Part shown: piece by piece, positions 24,328 to 37,900 of the stretch
Layout: the number at the start of each line of letters is the position of its first letter
How positions within the stretch are numbered: position 1 is the stretch's first letter
Assembly: GCA_016748015.1 (NCBI GenBank)
Contig: JAAOMT010000134.1
Coordinates: forward strand, 440,757-504,756
DNA from: Geosiphon pyriformis uo1
Lineage: Eukaryota; Fungi; Glomeromycota
Length of the DNA stretch: 64,000 bases
Direction of reading: 5' to 3'
Translations under genes and position numbers: made by a program
The notes under the pieces: model-generated
The model's database searches: none
What the model saw: only the letters and a program-made list of their open reading frames with translations
Told to the model about the DNA's origin: nothing

Positions 24328-25263
24328 TGTTACTCATAAAAAAAAAATAGATATGAAAAATAGCAGACCAATAAGAGAATAGTATTTAGTACGTAAACAT
24401 ATTGCTCAGCAATGTGGAGCAATGTCAGAAATTATGGCACATTGCTTAGCAATATAGAGCAATATTAGAAAACATGACACATTGCTCAGCAATATAGAGC
24501 AATGTTAGAAAATTAGAGCACATTGCTCAGCAATGTAAGCATTGCTCAAGAAATCATAACACATTGCTCAGAAATGTGAGTGATCTCATAGAACATCAAT
24601 TATGTATATATAGTGGTAGCATTAAAAGTAGAAAGAGAAAAATTCTTAGTTAAAAAAATTCTTAGTTAGAAGAATCCTTAGTTAGAAGACCTTTCCATTT
24701 AGATTTATCTAAGCAATCTTCCAAATCACAAATATCAATAAATAATTATTCATTATCTCAATCCACTCTCTACTATCAATGCTTCATGTTGATAGTAATT
24801 GATACTTAATCACACTGGAACAATAGCTCTTGATCACAGTTATTGACGGGATACTAACTTGAAATTGCTTTTTGTTAATTTTTTTATTTTCTTTTATTTT
24901 CTTTTATTTCTTTTGTTATTTCTTTGGTTTTACTAAAATTGATTAAGGATTAAGTGTTGAGATACAGATGTTATAGGAACTGGTAAAAAACCCATAAAAC
25001 AAGAGTAGAACACTTATAGATTTAAGGATAGCTTACCAGAAAAATTACTGGCCACCACACTGAGAAAAAAATTTGACAAAACTACAGTTTTGGGAAGCTA
25101 TAGATAAAACCATCAATTAAATCTCTGTTTATTATACAAAGGACTCAACTCTAAAACCTTCAGATACAATTAACATACCAGTATCACCAGCCTTGTCAAG
25201 ATATTAAGCACCAAGTTACGGATTTGTTATTTAATTTGAGACTCCAAATAATCATTAGTAACA
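24328..25263 (+). mobile_element. Solo LTR (936 bp) related to the Ty3/Gypsy LTRs at 27727 and 37099
   Basis: Ends TGTTAC...GTAACA with a perfect 4-bp TSD GTGG (24324-24327 / 25264-25267). Shares blocks such as GAACAATAGCTCTTGATCA, GGGATACTAA, GGAAGCTA and ATTATACAAAGGACTC with the full element's LTRs. Confidence 0.92.
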
Positions 25264-25264
25264 G

Positions 25265-25308
<44 letters not shown>

Positions 25309-27726
25309 TATAAACTATTTTTAATGTGTTATTTGAATAAAAAAACTTTTATTTAAAATTAAAAATAATGTTTTTAATAATTAAAAACTGTTTTTTATTT
25401 GTATTTTTCTTAAAAAATTATATTATTAAGAATTTTAAAAAAACAAAACTTTTTTTTTAAGTATTTTATCAAATTTTTAATTTACATAATATATTATTTT
25501 ATAAAATTATTATTATTATTATTTTTATTTTTATTATAGTTAATGAATGAGATCCAAACATCACCTAGAACTATACATCAATGAAATGATCTAAACTAGG
25601 CATAAATCATGTATTTTACCACATGTAACTAGTCACTCGAACCAGTCAGGACAATACTACACAACTATATTAACAGACACCAGGTTACTAATGTCTAAAA
25701 AAAATGAACAAGACTTGCAAAAGCCAAAAAAAATGCCAAAGGCTTCAGTAACACCAAGCAATTTAACCACACCAGCTGAAAATCTCGAAACCAAACCAGA
25801 AACTGGGATGACAAATGACCTGTCCGCTGAGATTAGGCCATTCTTTTCCATAAAAACACAATGCTTGGCATGAACCAACCAAATATTATTCCTAAAAGTG
25901 GAACATATAGAGCACACAAAATCAGTAATTTTAACACCAGCAATTTTGGGGTCATGGAAGACAGTAACAGCCTCTTGAAGCCAATCATTGAAAACAAAAC
26001 CCTTGTAAAAAGCCGAGAAAATCAGTAAATTTGAAGCACAGGTTGACATTAACTGCAACACAACTGAAAAGGGAAGAGAGAGCCCAAAAAGTGACTTCCA
26101 AGAAGACATACAGAATTCCAGAACCTAACAATGGGCCAAATCATCAACCACACAAAAAAACACATGATTAGAAACCTTTATCTCACCACAATACAGACAC
26201 AAAACACTAGAGTAACATTTATCATAAATGTGCCTCTGAACAGCCACAGGAAGCTGATAGTACAAAGCCTTCATAAAATAAGTACAAGTATTAGCTGTGA
26301 GCCTGCTAGTGAAACCAGTGACCATATGCAAATCAGAGTGCCAAACTCTAGAAGAGCTGAGCCAGTCAACATTCAAATGCAAACTACTAGCCAGAAATCC
26401 AGAACCAGAACTGATCTCTCGGTGCACATGACAAATTGCATAACAAACATCTCAAACAAAGTGTCTAAAATTACTAGAAACAACACCACCATCCATCAAC
26501 AAAAAGTGTCCATCCACACGAAAAGGGAGATATCAACCAGATAGAGAAGCAGCACCAGCAATGCTATTAGCATAATCATTCTCTGAAACACTGAAGTGGC
26601 CCTTGACTTTGTGTTAGCTAACTCTCAAATTCTTACTGTGAATAACATTCCGAATATGCCAATGCTCAACCCAACATTGATTGTGAAAATTAGAGCACAC
26701 CAGACTCAACTCAGACTTACAAGCATCTAAAGCTGCTTGACTATCCAAAAACAAATTAACAGAACAAGCTGCAGACACACACTCCAAAGCCAATGCTATA
26801 GCCTGTAACTTCACCAAAGTAAATAACATTAAACCTTGAACACCGACACCCACACCCAAATCAATGTCCTCAAAAAAAACAGCTGCTCCAGCTCTGCAAT
26901 CAACTGTGCTCAAATTCCTCAAAGAACCATCCGTATATACTGACAAACTATCAATGTTAACCTGAGAAAGACAATCGCAAACAGACACAAAATCATTAGA
27001 TTCACAAAAGTTAAAAGAACCAGCACCAACTGAGGCTGCAGAAGAAGAATGAAAAGCCGCAAGAAATACAACAGAAGGTCTGAACCAATCAAGAACCAGG
27101 CCATGAAAGTCCAGCCTCTTCCACCACTTGAAGGTGCACCAGCTAAAAACAACACCATGTTGATTATGAAGCTGATTCACAAAGGCAATACCAAAACGCC
27201 AGAGAGAAGGTAAAAACTTGAAAAACAAAGACTCACTAAGAACAACAGACATAAGAACCGCATCATGAAACTGAAAAGCATTGGTCAAAGAGCCACCCAA
27301 AGACAAATTGCAATTAAAGAGAATGTGAACCATACCAGCCAAGAAATTATTAAAAACACTGACGCAAATACGAGCAGGAGAGATCAGTGGGTAAATGGGC
27401 CGCCAACACAGAATCTGTAAATCATGTAACCTGTGACCAAACAAATGCCCCAAAATCTCACCAGAGTTTGCAAAACTAATAAGTAAAGCCACTTTACTCT
27501 CAGATTGACACTGTGAAAATGACTTTAAACCATAAAAGGAAGGATGGTAAATAGTATCACTAGGAAAATCCAGTAGGAGACCAGCTTTTAGTTTCAAGTC
27601 TTTGTAAATCAGAGCATCCCATTTATCACACACACCAACAAGAATATAGCTGAACTGCATTCTGTAACTGATTATGGAATGGAGAACTGTTAATACCAGA
27701 TACAAGAATTGCTTATCTAAAACCAC

Positions 27727-28537
27727 TGTTACTCATAGAAATATAGGAAATATATTAGCATAATTATTAGCCAATCAGAAGTAAGCATAGTAAATATGGA
27801 ATTCCAGGATTCTTCTCAGAAATTGCAGGATTCCAAGAATTTCAGGATTCCTCGACAAGGAATTGCAGGATTCCAGAAATTCCAGGATTCCTGTCATGAA
27901 GAATTGAGGAATTGAGGAATCTTAATTATATATATATAGTGGTAGTGTTAGAAACAGAAAAGACAGAATCGATACCACAGAATCCTTAGCCTAGAAACAA
28001 AAATCATCAAATAAATAATTATTCTATATCTCAATTCACTTTCCACTATCAACACTTTATGTTGATAATAAGTAATACTTAACTACACTGAAACAATAGC
28101 TCTTGATCACAGCTATTGATGGGATACTAATCTGCAAATCGCCTTGGCTTATTTTTTTCTTTCTTTATTTTTCTCTTATTTTTCTTTATTTTATTTTGAT
28201 TTATTATTGTGTACTAACCCATTGATTGAAAAGTGCTAATTACTGACATCAAAGATTGCCTGATAAAAGACTCCTGTGAGAAGGTAGAACATATACAGAA
28301 GATATGAATTACTTATCAGAGAATTGCTGGCCACCAAGCCAAAAAAAGAATTGACAGACTTGTGAGTCTAGGAAGCTACAGATAAAACAACTATTGAATT
28401 TCTGTCCATTATACAAAGGACTCCATCAAAACCTTCAGATACAACGCTCACAAAACCTCATCAATGGAAGTAGCTTCATGAGTACCAAGTTATGGGTTTG
28501 TTATTTACTTCAACAGCAGAAATAATCCCCTGTAACA
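27727..28537 (+). repeat. 5' LTR (811 bp)
   Basis: TGTTAC...GTAACA termini; direct repeat of 37099-37900. Confidence 0.95.
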
Positions 28538-28539
28538 TT

Positions 28540-28556
28540 TGGTGCTCCCTGTGAGG
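28540..28556 (+). promoter_or_regulatory. Primer binding site TGGTGCTCCCTGTGAGG, probably tRNA-Ile(UAU)
   Basis: Starts with TGG two bases after the LTR. Resembles the complement of the eukaryotic tRNA-Ile(UAU) 3' end (TGGTGCTCCAGGTGAGG, from memory). Confidence 0.7.
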
Positions 28557-28596
28557 TATAATTCTACAGAGAACCAGCACCAACCCAAATCTAAAC

Positions 28597-31500
28597 ATGG
28601 CAGAATCAGAAAATATAGGAGCAAACCATTTAGGATTCGTGAAATCCTTGTTTCAACAATACAGCCAACAATTAGGATTAAACAGTAATCATTACCCAGC
28701 CAAATCAGTCTTCAACTTTTACGTCAACAACAGAATCACTGAATGCTTAGGAGGAACAGTTAACATTGAAGCAGCAAGAAAAAACTTTTACACAGAATTA
28801 TTCCAATACACCAACTTACCAAAGAACTATAGTTTTGCACCAATAATCAGAGAAATCAACCAGACTATTGAAAGGTACACTCAACAACAATTTCCCATTA
28901 TCTATGCAGACAAAAGTAAAGGAAGAATACAAACACCAGCAGCAACACCAAAAGAAATACAGTTACCTAGTTGGAAAAAGCACAGAATAGAATCACCAAC
29001 CACTCCATCATATTACTACACATCTGGAAGCACCATCAACATCTCATCAGCAGACGCATCCACCTCAAATACAACATTAACAGTTGGAAGATTCTAGTTC
29101 CAAAGCAAACAATAGAAAGAAGATTTACTAGGGCCATACGAAGTGTATTTTGAAGGATTTAAATCATGATCACCAACTCCATCAGGAATTCGATCACCGC
29201 CGCCTCAACTGGACTTTGGAATCACTACCCCGTGGGAACTATCTGAAGAAAAAAAGGAAGAAAAATCAGAAGATCAAGAATTTACTTACCAAAACCCGAT
29301 CACTGAAAACTCGGAAGTTGAAACCCTGAATTTTCAAGCTCAGCAAAGTCTAAATCTAGATAATTTGGAAATCGAAACCCCGAATCATCAAAGGCAGAAC
29401 AATCCAAACCCTGAATTAAGTAATCAGCAAAACTTACCTCTGGTAATTGTCATCAATCAACCGCCAATTAATCCAGTAGCCGAATCCATACAACAGCCAT
29501 TTTAACTACCACCCCAACAACCAGTACAACAACAACCACTTCAACAGCCACCACAACAACAACCACTTCAACAGCCACCACAACAATCCAACTTAGATCC
29601 AATGGCCTATGCACCAATCACAAAACTTGACAACTTTACTGGCAAAGAAGATAACGCACAAGTATGGCTGAATGATGTAGAGAAAACCATCACTGCAAAC
29701 AGATGGAATGATGTCCGAACACTTCAAGCCATTCCATACTTTCTAAAGAACACCACAGATGCATGGTATCAAAGTCTAGTTGTCAAACCCCAAAACTTTA
29801 ATGATTTCAAGATGGAATTTGTAAGATATTTCAGCAACAATAATAATATCAACAAATTAGCCAACCTTTTCACCACTATTAAACAAGGAGATACTGAAGC
29901 AGTTACCACTTACCTGGGACACTTCTATAGAAACCTACACCAGATCCAAGCAATTCAAGCTGACTATTTTACAGCACCACAGATTTTAAACCAATTTATT
30001 AGAGATTTGCATAGTAACCTCCTCCAGCGAATACGCCCAATGCATCCAGTTGACCTCCCTACCACAGTTACATATGCCAGAGATTTTGAAGCAGCTGAGT
30101 TAGAAGCCAACCACGCCCAAGCAGTAAACCTAGTAATGAATGGATCATCTGAATTGGACTCTAAACTGAAACAATTCAGTGAGTCAATTAATCAGAAACT
30201 AGAGGGATACTTAGCTGACAATTGCACCATATATCAAACACCACAATAATACCATAATTCAGGAAACATGAATCATTTCCAAAATCAATCACAGTCATTA
30301 TCCTCGACTGCACCTAGTCTACCGTGGCAGCTGGAAATGCGTGCCTGCCACAACTGTGGTAAACAAGGCCATATTCAAGTTAATTGCCATACTTATAGCA
30401 ATCAATGATTAGGAAATCAATACAGAAATCCCGATTGCTGGTTCCAAACTCCGAATCATTATCTGAATCAAGACCAAAACCAATATTAAACTATTTACCT
30501 ACCAATGACGCAACAACCAATCTATCAACTGCCAGTATATCAATCTTCAATTTATCAACAGCAGCCTCCAGTAATTTATCAGCCGCAGTCCCAAATAATT
30601 TATCAGTCTCAACCATCAATCCAAACACCATTCCAAAACTCAGCTATGATAACATCAGAAAACCCGAGACCCAGAATTGCTCAAAATTGGAGATCGGCAA
30701 TAGTTGTTCATTAACCAGTTCCCAGCTCTTTTCACCAGAGCTTAGGACCCCATTTTCGGAATTTGCATACAGGCGCCACCCAAAACCTGACTTCTCAACA
30801 CTATTTAAGTCTCCTGGTTACCTCAAAAGATGCCTCAACTAGCAACCAGAAACCCACTCAAAAACAACAAACACTTACCAGCAATATTCTGCCAGCAACA
30901 GTCATTAACAACAAATCACTAGCTGTCATTTTTCCATTTGAGATTGAAGAACTGTCAAGTACACCATTATTTAGTGGAGCCATTCTTAATGAAAAACCCA
31001 TCACCACAATGTACACAGATGCTAAGGTTGATAGTCAATCCATTAAATTGATTCTCAATAGCAGTTCAACAGGCAGTATCATCACACGACAACTTATGGA
31101 TCAATTAGGTTACCAAGTTGATTGAGCTGCCAGCGCCAGAATCATCACAGCTGATGGAGTGACCAAAACTCCAATCGGCAAAATCGACAACTTCCTTTTT
31201 GAAGTCAATGGTATTGTGACTCCCATTAAAGTTCTAATGATGGAAGCCACTCAATACCAAGCTCTCCCTGGTAATAACTGGATATCCAAAGTCAATGTGA
31301 TGTTAGACTAGAACATCCAGAAACTCCAGCTAATATATTAGGGCTGACACATACGTGTACCAGCCATGTGTGGCCATTTCAAGACTTCTCCAAGAGAGAA
31401 ACTATTGATCAAACTGGAGAAAGAGAAAAAGAAACCTACCTGGGAAGCGTACCAAGTCTTGTGGGCCAATGCTGACCACAATGAGCTGCCGTCAATACTC

Positions 31501-34500
31501 GCCTGGGATGACAATAACAACGAAAAAGAGGAGCAAGGAAAAGAACCTACCTGTGAAACCACTATCAATGCTGAGACCAATGACAAAAACCACTACGAGC
31601 TACCACCAGTACTATCATGGGATGACAACCCCAAGGGAAAGCAAAGAGAGGAACTTACCTGGAAAACCAATGATCTGACTTGGACCAATAATGAACAAGA
31701 AGAAGCCTCAAGTCGGAAATGAAACAAAGATAAGGGAAAAAGAAAAGAAAAGGAAGAAGGAACACCACCAATGACTGACAGTTATAATTTTTACCCCACC
31801 ACACTCCACAACAATCCAATTATTGATGGCCAAGACTGGTATGTGTCGATTGTGGCAAGAAACTGTCATCAATGGGTGCATGCTGTGGTGACGATGAGGA
31901 ATACCACACTGCAACAAAGTTTTACTGTTGTCCATGCTTACTCAAATGCTTTGGACGACCAAAAAGGCAAGAAAAATGGGATAACCAACCTTGTCTCACT
32001 TGTGGGGAGACCCTATTAGATGAAGGAATGTGGAACGACATCCCAGGACATGGAGGAATGTGTGACATGTCATGTCAATACACAATTTTAATAAGCGACT
32101 GGATAAGAAGAGGAATCCCAATAAAAGCGGCCTGAAAAAGAGCCATGCAGTGACTGGACAGTTGTCCACACGACGATGATGAATTGTGGAGAATGATAAT
32201 TGCCAAAATAGAAGGAGCGACACCTGAAGAGATCAAAGAAATCAAAAACAACCCACCAGAACCCATCGAGCTTGACTGGAATGCAGAGCCAGCCATAAAT
32301 TTTCTGGAACCCGAAGAGTTCTATGAACACTACCAAAACTTGGCATCCACTAGAGAAGAGCAAGAACAACAGCTAGCACAATTGAATACAAGACTGTGTC
32401 ACCATTGTTTAATTTCCAGTGACTTTGAATATTGTGATGATTGTGACTTTTTTTACAATCCACCACCACGCATGATCTACTTGATCCCTGAAGAAAAGGA
32501 ACCAATCAGCAGCTGTGCATCGGAATCAGAATTGCTGATCAATCACGATCCAGACTCCGACGATGATAACAAAAACATCAGTTTCAGCTCCATTTAAAAT
32601 AACAATGACAATAAAAACAATTCCAACTCAGATTCAAACTCCGATTTAAACCATGAATAATACATTGCACTACCAGATCTCTTCAAGAAACAAGAGTTGA
32701 AATGGTATAGTGACAATGGGGAGGGTATTATACCAGAATGTGTGCATGATACGGATGCAAGATTTGATCTGAGATATCCAGGAAAAGATGCCATTAAATT
32801 GGAACTGCATTCACACATCTGCATTGATTTGAAAATAGCACTAGAAATTCTGGCAACAACAATGGTTCAATTAGCATCTAGAAGTAGTTTAGCAAAAAGA
32901 GGGATCAATATAAGAGGAGGAATAATTGACACGGGATATGTAGGAAATATCATCACTATGCTACAAAATGACTCAGAAAAGACCTACATAATAGAGCCCA
33001 ACAAAAAGATAACACAGGCAATATTCCTGCCTCTGGTTAGAGTAGTTCAGTTAGTATCAGTTGGAAAGAGAAAGAAATTAAGAATAACAGCAAAAAGAAT
33101 ACAGGAATTCGGATCAACAGGTAGAATAGATATACCAGTTAATATGGCGGAGGAAGAAATTGTTGGCCAAGGAGAAATTATCTCAACTGGTCAAGCTATT
33201 TCCATTCCACCATATAGCCAGTACATGTTAACAATAGAAAAGAAAGAAAAAGAGCAAGAACAAATTTTTGAAGCTGAAGCAAACCTTTGTGAATTAGGAG
33301 AGATTGGGTTGATCAATCTCCACATACCAGCCAAAAGCTATAGCAGCATAAAAATTCCCATCTACAACAACACTGGTAATGTCATCAACATACCAGAAGG
33401 AACCACCATCAGATATGTAACCACAGAAATAGAAGACCAACCACCAAACCTCATTCCAGACTTTTCACAACTTTGTGGATATGTTGACATCACATCACAA
33501 ACAATCTATGGACAAGATGAATGTTATTTGCTTCAACCAGAACAATTGAAACAAATGAACATGGGAAACTTAGATCCACTCCAATGTATGCAGCTTAAGA
33601 TATTACTCAACAATTTCAATGACATCTTTGCCAGCGAAAATGAGTTTGGCTGAACTGACATCATCCAGCATCAGATCAAGACTGGAGATGCAATGCCAAT
33701 CAAACAAAAAGCATACAGAGTGCCGCCAGCCAGCCACAAAATTATTCATCAAGAGATAAACAGAATGCTTGACAATGGGCTAATTCAACTATCAATAAGC
33801 CCATGGTTGTTACCAGTGGTACTCGTCCGTAAAAAGAATAGAAAAATCCGGTTTTGTGTAGACTACAGAAAACTCAATGGTATAACTTGTGGAGACAGTT
33901 ATCCAACTTCACGAATACAGAAATTATTCGACGCTTTCGGTGGGAACAAATGGTTCTTAACATTAGATTTGGACAGTGGTTACTGGCAAGTAGCCATGAA
34001 TCCAGCTGACAAAGAGAAGATGGCATTTACTACTAGAGAAGGGAATTTCGAATTTGAAGTGATGCCATTTGGCTTAACCAATGCCCCAGCAACTTTCTAA
34101 TGGCTAATAGAAATTGTTTATACTGGCTTATTGTGGAAATCAGTAGTTGTATACTTGGACAACACCAATGTATTCTCAAAAACGTTTGATGATCATCTTT
34201 ATCATCTTCAACAAGTGTTTGAAAGACTAAAAAGAGCAGGACTAAAGTTAAATGCAACAAAGTGCTTCTTCGGCAAGACAGAACTAAAATTCTTAGGACA
34301 CATAGTCAGCAAAAATGGCATTAAAATGGATCCAGAGAAAATAAAGATAGTAAAGAACTTTCCAGTGCTGACCAATATAACAGAACTGAAATCATTCTTG
34401 GGATTCGCCAGCTACTATCGACGTTTTATCAAGAACTTTTCCAAGATAGTACAGCCATTCAACCAACTGCAAAACAAAGACACAAAATATGAATGGACCG

Positions 34501-36401
34501 AAAGTCAACAAGAAGCTTTTGATATTCTAAAAAGAAAGCTTATACAAGCTCCAGTACTGATCTATCCAAATCACAGCAAACCATTTATCATCACCACGGA
34601 TACATTTAGCCAGACATTAGGAGCAGTACTATCTCAAAGAGGACCAGACAGCAGAGAACATCCAATGGCATATGCCAGCAGAGGTTTAACACTGGCCGAA
34701 AAGAACTATAGAACACCAGAAAAAGAACACTTAGCAATATACTGGTCAGTCATGAAATGAAAAAAATATTTGAACCAGAAGTTTGAGGTATACACAGATT
34801 ACAAAAAATTAACATCACTTCAAAAACAAGAATTTAGAGATGGAAGACAGTCAAGATAGAAAATGGCACTCACACCATATAAGTATACTATATATTATAA
34901 AAAAGAAAAAGACAATGGAAATGCAGACAGTTTATCGCAAATGAGACAAATCTAAAAACATTTCAACCCAAAAATATAACAAAACCAGAACAATACCAAC
35001 AGAAAAATACAACAAAAAATGAACATACAAAAATATCAATAATTGCAACATTATATAAACACTCAACAGTTCAAGGAGAATTTATCTCAAATGGAACGAA
35101 AGAGTATCAAACAACAATCAAAATATTTTATCACTTACCAAAATATACTTTATTGGAAAAATAGAAGGGATTCAGATCAACCAACCAGAGTAATTACGGA
35201 GCCAGAAAAAGAGACAATATTATTCAACATGCACTCAAATCCAACAGCAGGACATTTTTACAAAGAAGCAACCATGGAAAGAACCAGAAAGAGATACTAT
35301 TGGCCATCAATGTACCCAAACATCATTCAATATGTTCAAAATTGTGATGCTTGTCAGCGAAAAGGAGGAACAAAACCCAATGAACTATTAAGACCAATCA
35401 AAGTGGGACAACCATTTGACTGTATTGAAATTGATTTAGTCAGACCATTAACAATTACTAGTAGAGGAAACAGATACATAACAGTAGCTATGGACTATCT
35501 CACTAAATGGCCAGAGGCAAAAGCAATTCAAAGAGCAGATGCAGAATCCATTGCTGAATTCGTTCATCAGGATTTGATTTGTTGACATGGATGTCCAAAA
35601 AAATTATTATCAGACCAAAGAACTCATTTTGTGAACAAAACATTAACAGAATTGAGCCAAAGATTTGGAATCAAGAGACTATTATCATCACCATACCATC
35701 CACAAACCAACAGATTAGTAGAAAGATTCAATAGAACACTGTATGAAGCAATAGCTAAGCTCAGCCAAGAAAACCAGAACGATTGGGATTTGTTCATACC
35801 ATCAGTACTATTTGCTTATTAGACAATAAAACAAGATACTACACAAGCAACATCATTTGAATTAGTATATGGGAGAACAGCAACGTTACCAGTAGAGAGA
35901 AAAATTAATACATATTTAGCTGAACCAATAACAGAAGAAAATTTTCAAGAAACATTGCTGAAAAAAACATATGACTTAATAGAAACATTGGAAAACAAAC
36001 GAAAAAGAGCAGCTGATAATATTTAAAAATCACAAAAAAAACAGAAAGAAAGACATGATAGTTAACTATCAGACAAACCAATTGAATTCAAGATTGGAGA
36101 CAAAGTATTACTATATCGTACCAAAGCGGAAAAACAATGGAGTGGAAAATTTGACCCCAAATGGGATAGACCATTTCACATAGAAGAAATTCTAGGAAAT
36201 GGAGCTTACAAATTAAGATTGGATAACAAAATTTTAACCAAAGCAGCACATGGAGATCGACTGAAGCCATATCATGACATCACACTACTGTCTACCAGTA
36301 ATATTCTACAATTAAGAATACAGAGAATACTAGTCCAACCAGATAAAATTCCACAAGATCTGAAACCAATAGTTATTATTAACAACAACACGTTAAATTG
36401 A
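28597..36401 (+). pseudogene. Decayed gag-pol polyprotein
   Basis: Capsid region 29602-30200. CHNCGKQGHIQVNC knuckle at ~30346. Protease LILNSSSTGSII (degenerate DSG) at ~31050. RT RFCVDYRKLN, MPFGLTNAPATF and YLDN. RNase H TTD...LGAVLSQ...YASR. Integrase H..GH...CDAC, D..D..ERFNRTL, plus a GPF-like motif. Many nonsense codons. Confidence 0.93.
32730..33122 (+). other. Trimeric dUTPase domain within pol, between protease and RT
   Basis: All five motifs are recognisable: DARFDL (I), SRSSLA (II), GIIDTGYVG (III), ITQ (IV), RIQEFGSTG (V). Confidence 0.92.
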
Positions 36402-37083
36402 TCAATCAAAAGAATATATAAAGACATGGTAGACGCAACAGGAAATATCAGAAAAATGAAAATTACAAACAACATTCACACACTAACACAACAACTCTTT
36501 CAATTAATCCAACACCAGGAAATGAAGATTACAATCAACCAACAAACCATTCAATATCAAGATACTAGAAAGACATTGCAACTCAGAACACCGAAGAAAA
36601 CTGAAAATACAGTGGACAAAATCATGGCGAAAGTAAAATTAGCAATAAAAGAATCAACAAAAGACTCACTATATCAAGAGTTGACTAAAAAAACTTGGAA
36701 TTGGTAGATACAACAATTTCCAAGAAACTATTGTTATTTTTACTTGGAACAATACATAAATATCCAGAATCTATATACAGATAAAACAAAGTGATTATTT
36801 GACAAAAGAATACTACAACAATTAGAACATTTTGTGGGAAAGAACAACTTATCCACACAAACCCGAGCCATATACCGAATACACACAGCATTTCAGGATA
36901 AACTAGAAATATTGTTCAACAAAGCAATGGATATGGTCACCAGTAATCAATTGGGAAAAATCACCAATACTCAATTTGAAGAAGTACAAACCCAAATAAC
37001 ATAAGTAATTCTCGAAAATGAAATCTAGGAAATACTTCAAGAGAGAGAATTACATGAGTTGGATTTTGATGGAGCTCAATATT

Positions 37084-37098
37084 AAAAGGAGGGAATAA
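37084..37098 (+). promoter_or_regulatory. Polypurine tract
   Basis: AAAAGGAGGGAATAA immediately before the 3' LTR. Confidence 0.85.
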
Positions 37099-37900
37099 TA
37101 TTACTCATAGAAATATAGAAAATATATTAGCATAATTATTAGCCAATCAGAAGTAAGCATAGTAAATATGGAATTCCAGAATTCCTCTCAGGAATTGCAG
37201 GATTCCAGAAATTTCAGGATTCTCCGATGAGAAATTGCAGGATTTCAGAATTCTAGGATTCCTGTCATGAAGAATTGAGAAATTTCAATTATGTATATAT
37301 AGTGATAATGTTAGAAACAAAAAAAACAGAATCGATACCACAGAATCCTTAGCCTAGAAACAAAAATCATTAAATAAATAATTATTCCATATCTCAATTC
37401 ACTCTCCACTATCAACACTTCATGTTAATAATAAGTAATACTTAACCACACTGGAACAATAGCTCTTGATCATGGCTATTGATGGGATACTAATCTGCAA
37501 ATCGCCTTGGCTTATTTTTTTCTTTCTTTATTTTTTTCTTATTTTTCTTTATTTTATTTTGATTTATTATTGTGCACTAACCCATTGATTAAAAAGTGCT
37601 GATTACTGACATCAAGGATTGCCTGGTAAAAGATCCCTGCAAGAGAGTAGGACACATACAGAAGATACAGATTACTTAACAGAGGATTGCCAGCCACTAA
37701 GTCGAGAAAAGAATTGACAAACTTGCGAGTCTGGGAAGCTACGGATAAAACAACTATTGAATCTCTGTCCATTATACAAAGGACTCCATCAAAACCTTCA
37801 GATACAATGCTCGCAGAACCTCATCAATGGAAGTAGCTTCACGAGCACCAAGTTATAGGTTTGTTATTTACTTCAACAGCAGAAATAATTCTCTATAACA
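37099..37900 (+). repeat. 3' LTR (802 bp)
   Basis: TATTAC...ATAACA termini (G>A decayed); colinear with the 5' LTR. Confidence 0.95.

Larger units (their letters stand above)
27727..37900 (+). mobile_element. Full-length degenerate Ty3/Gypsy LTR retrotransposon (10.2 kb) with dUTPase
   Basis: Paired LTRs, PBS and PPT. Domain order gag-CCHC-PR-(Cys-rich)-dUTPase-RT-RNase H-IN. Confidence 0.96.

Noticed and set aside
24400-24575. CRISPR-like spaced palindromic repeats
   Set aside because: Eukaryotic context, the inter-repeat parts are themselves similar, the array lies inside an LTR, and there are no cas genes.
31720-31872. Possible programmed -1 frameshift in Gypsy pol (G GGA AAA at ~31734)
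   Set aside because: The -1 frame hits a stop shortly after the heptamer, and the site lies downstream of the protease. A 1-bp decay indel is more likely.
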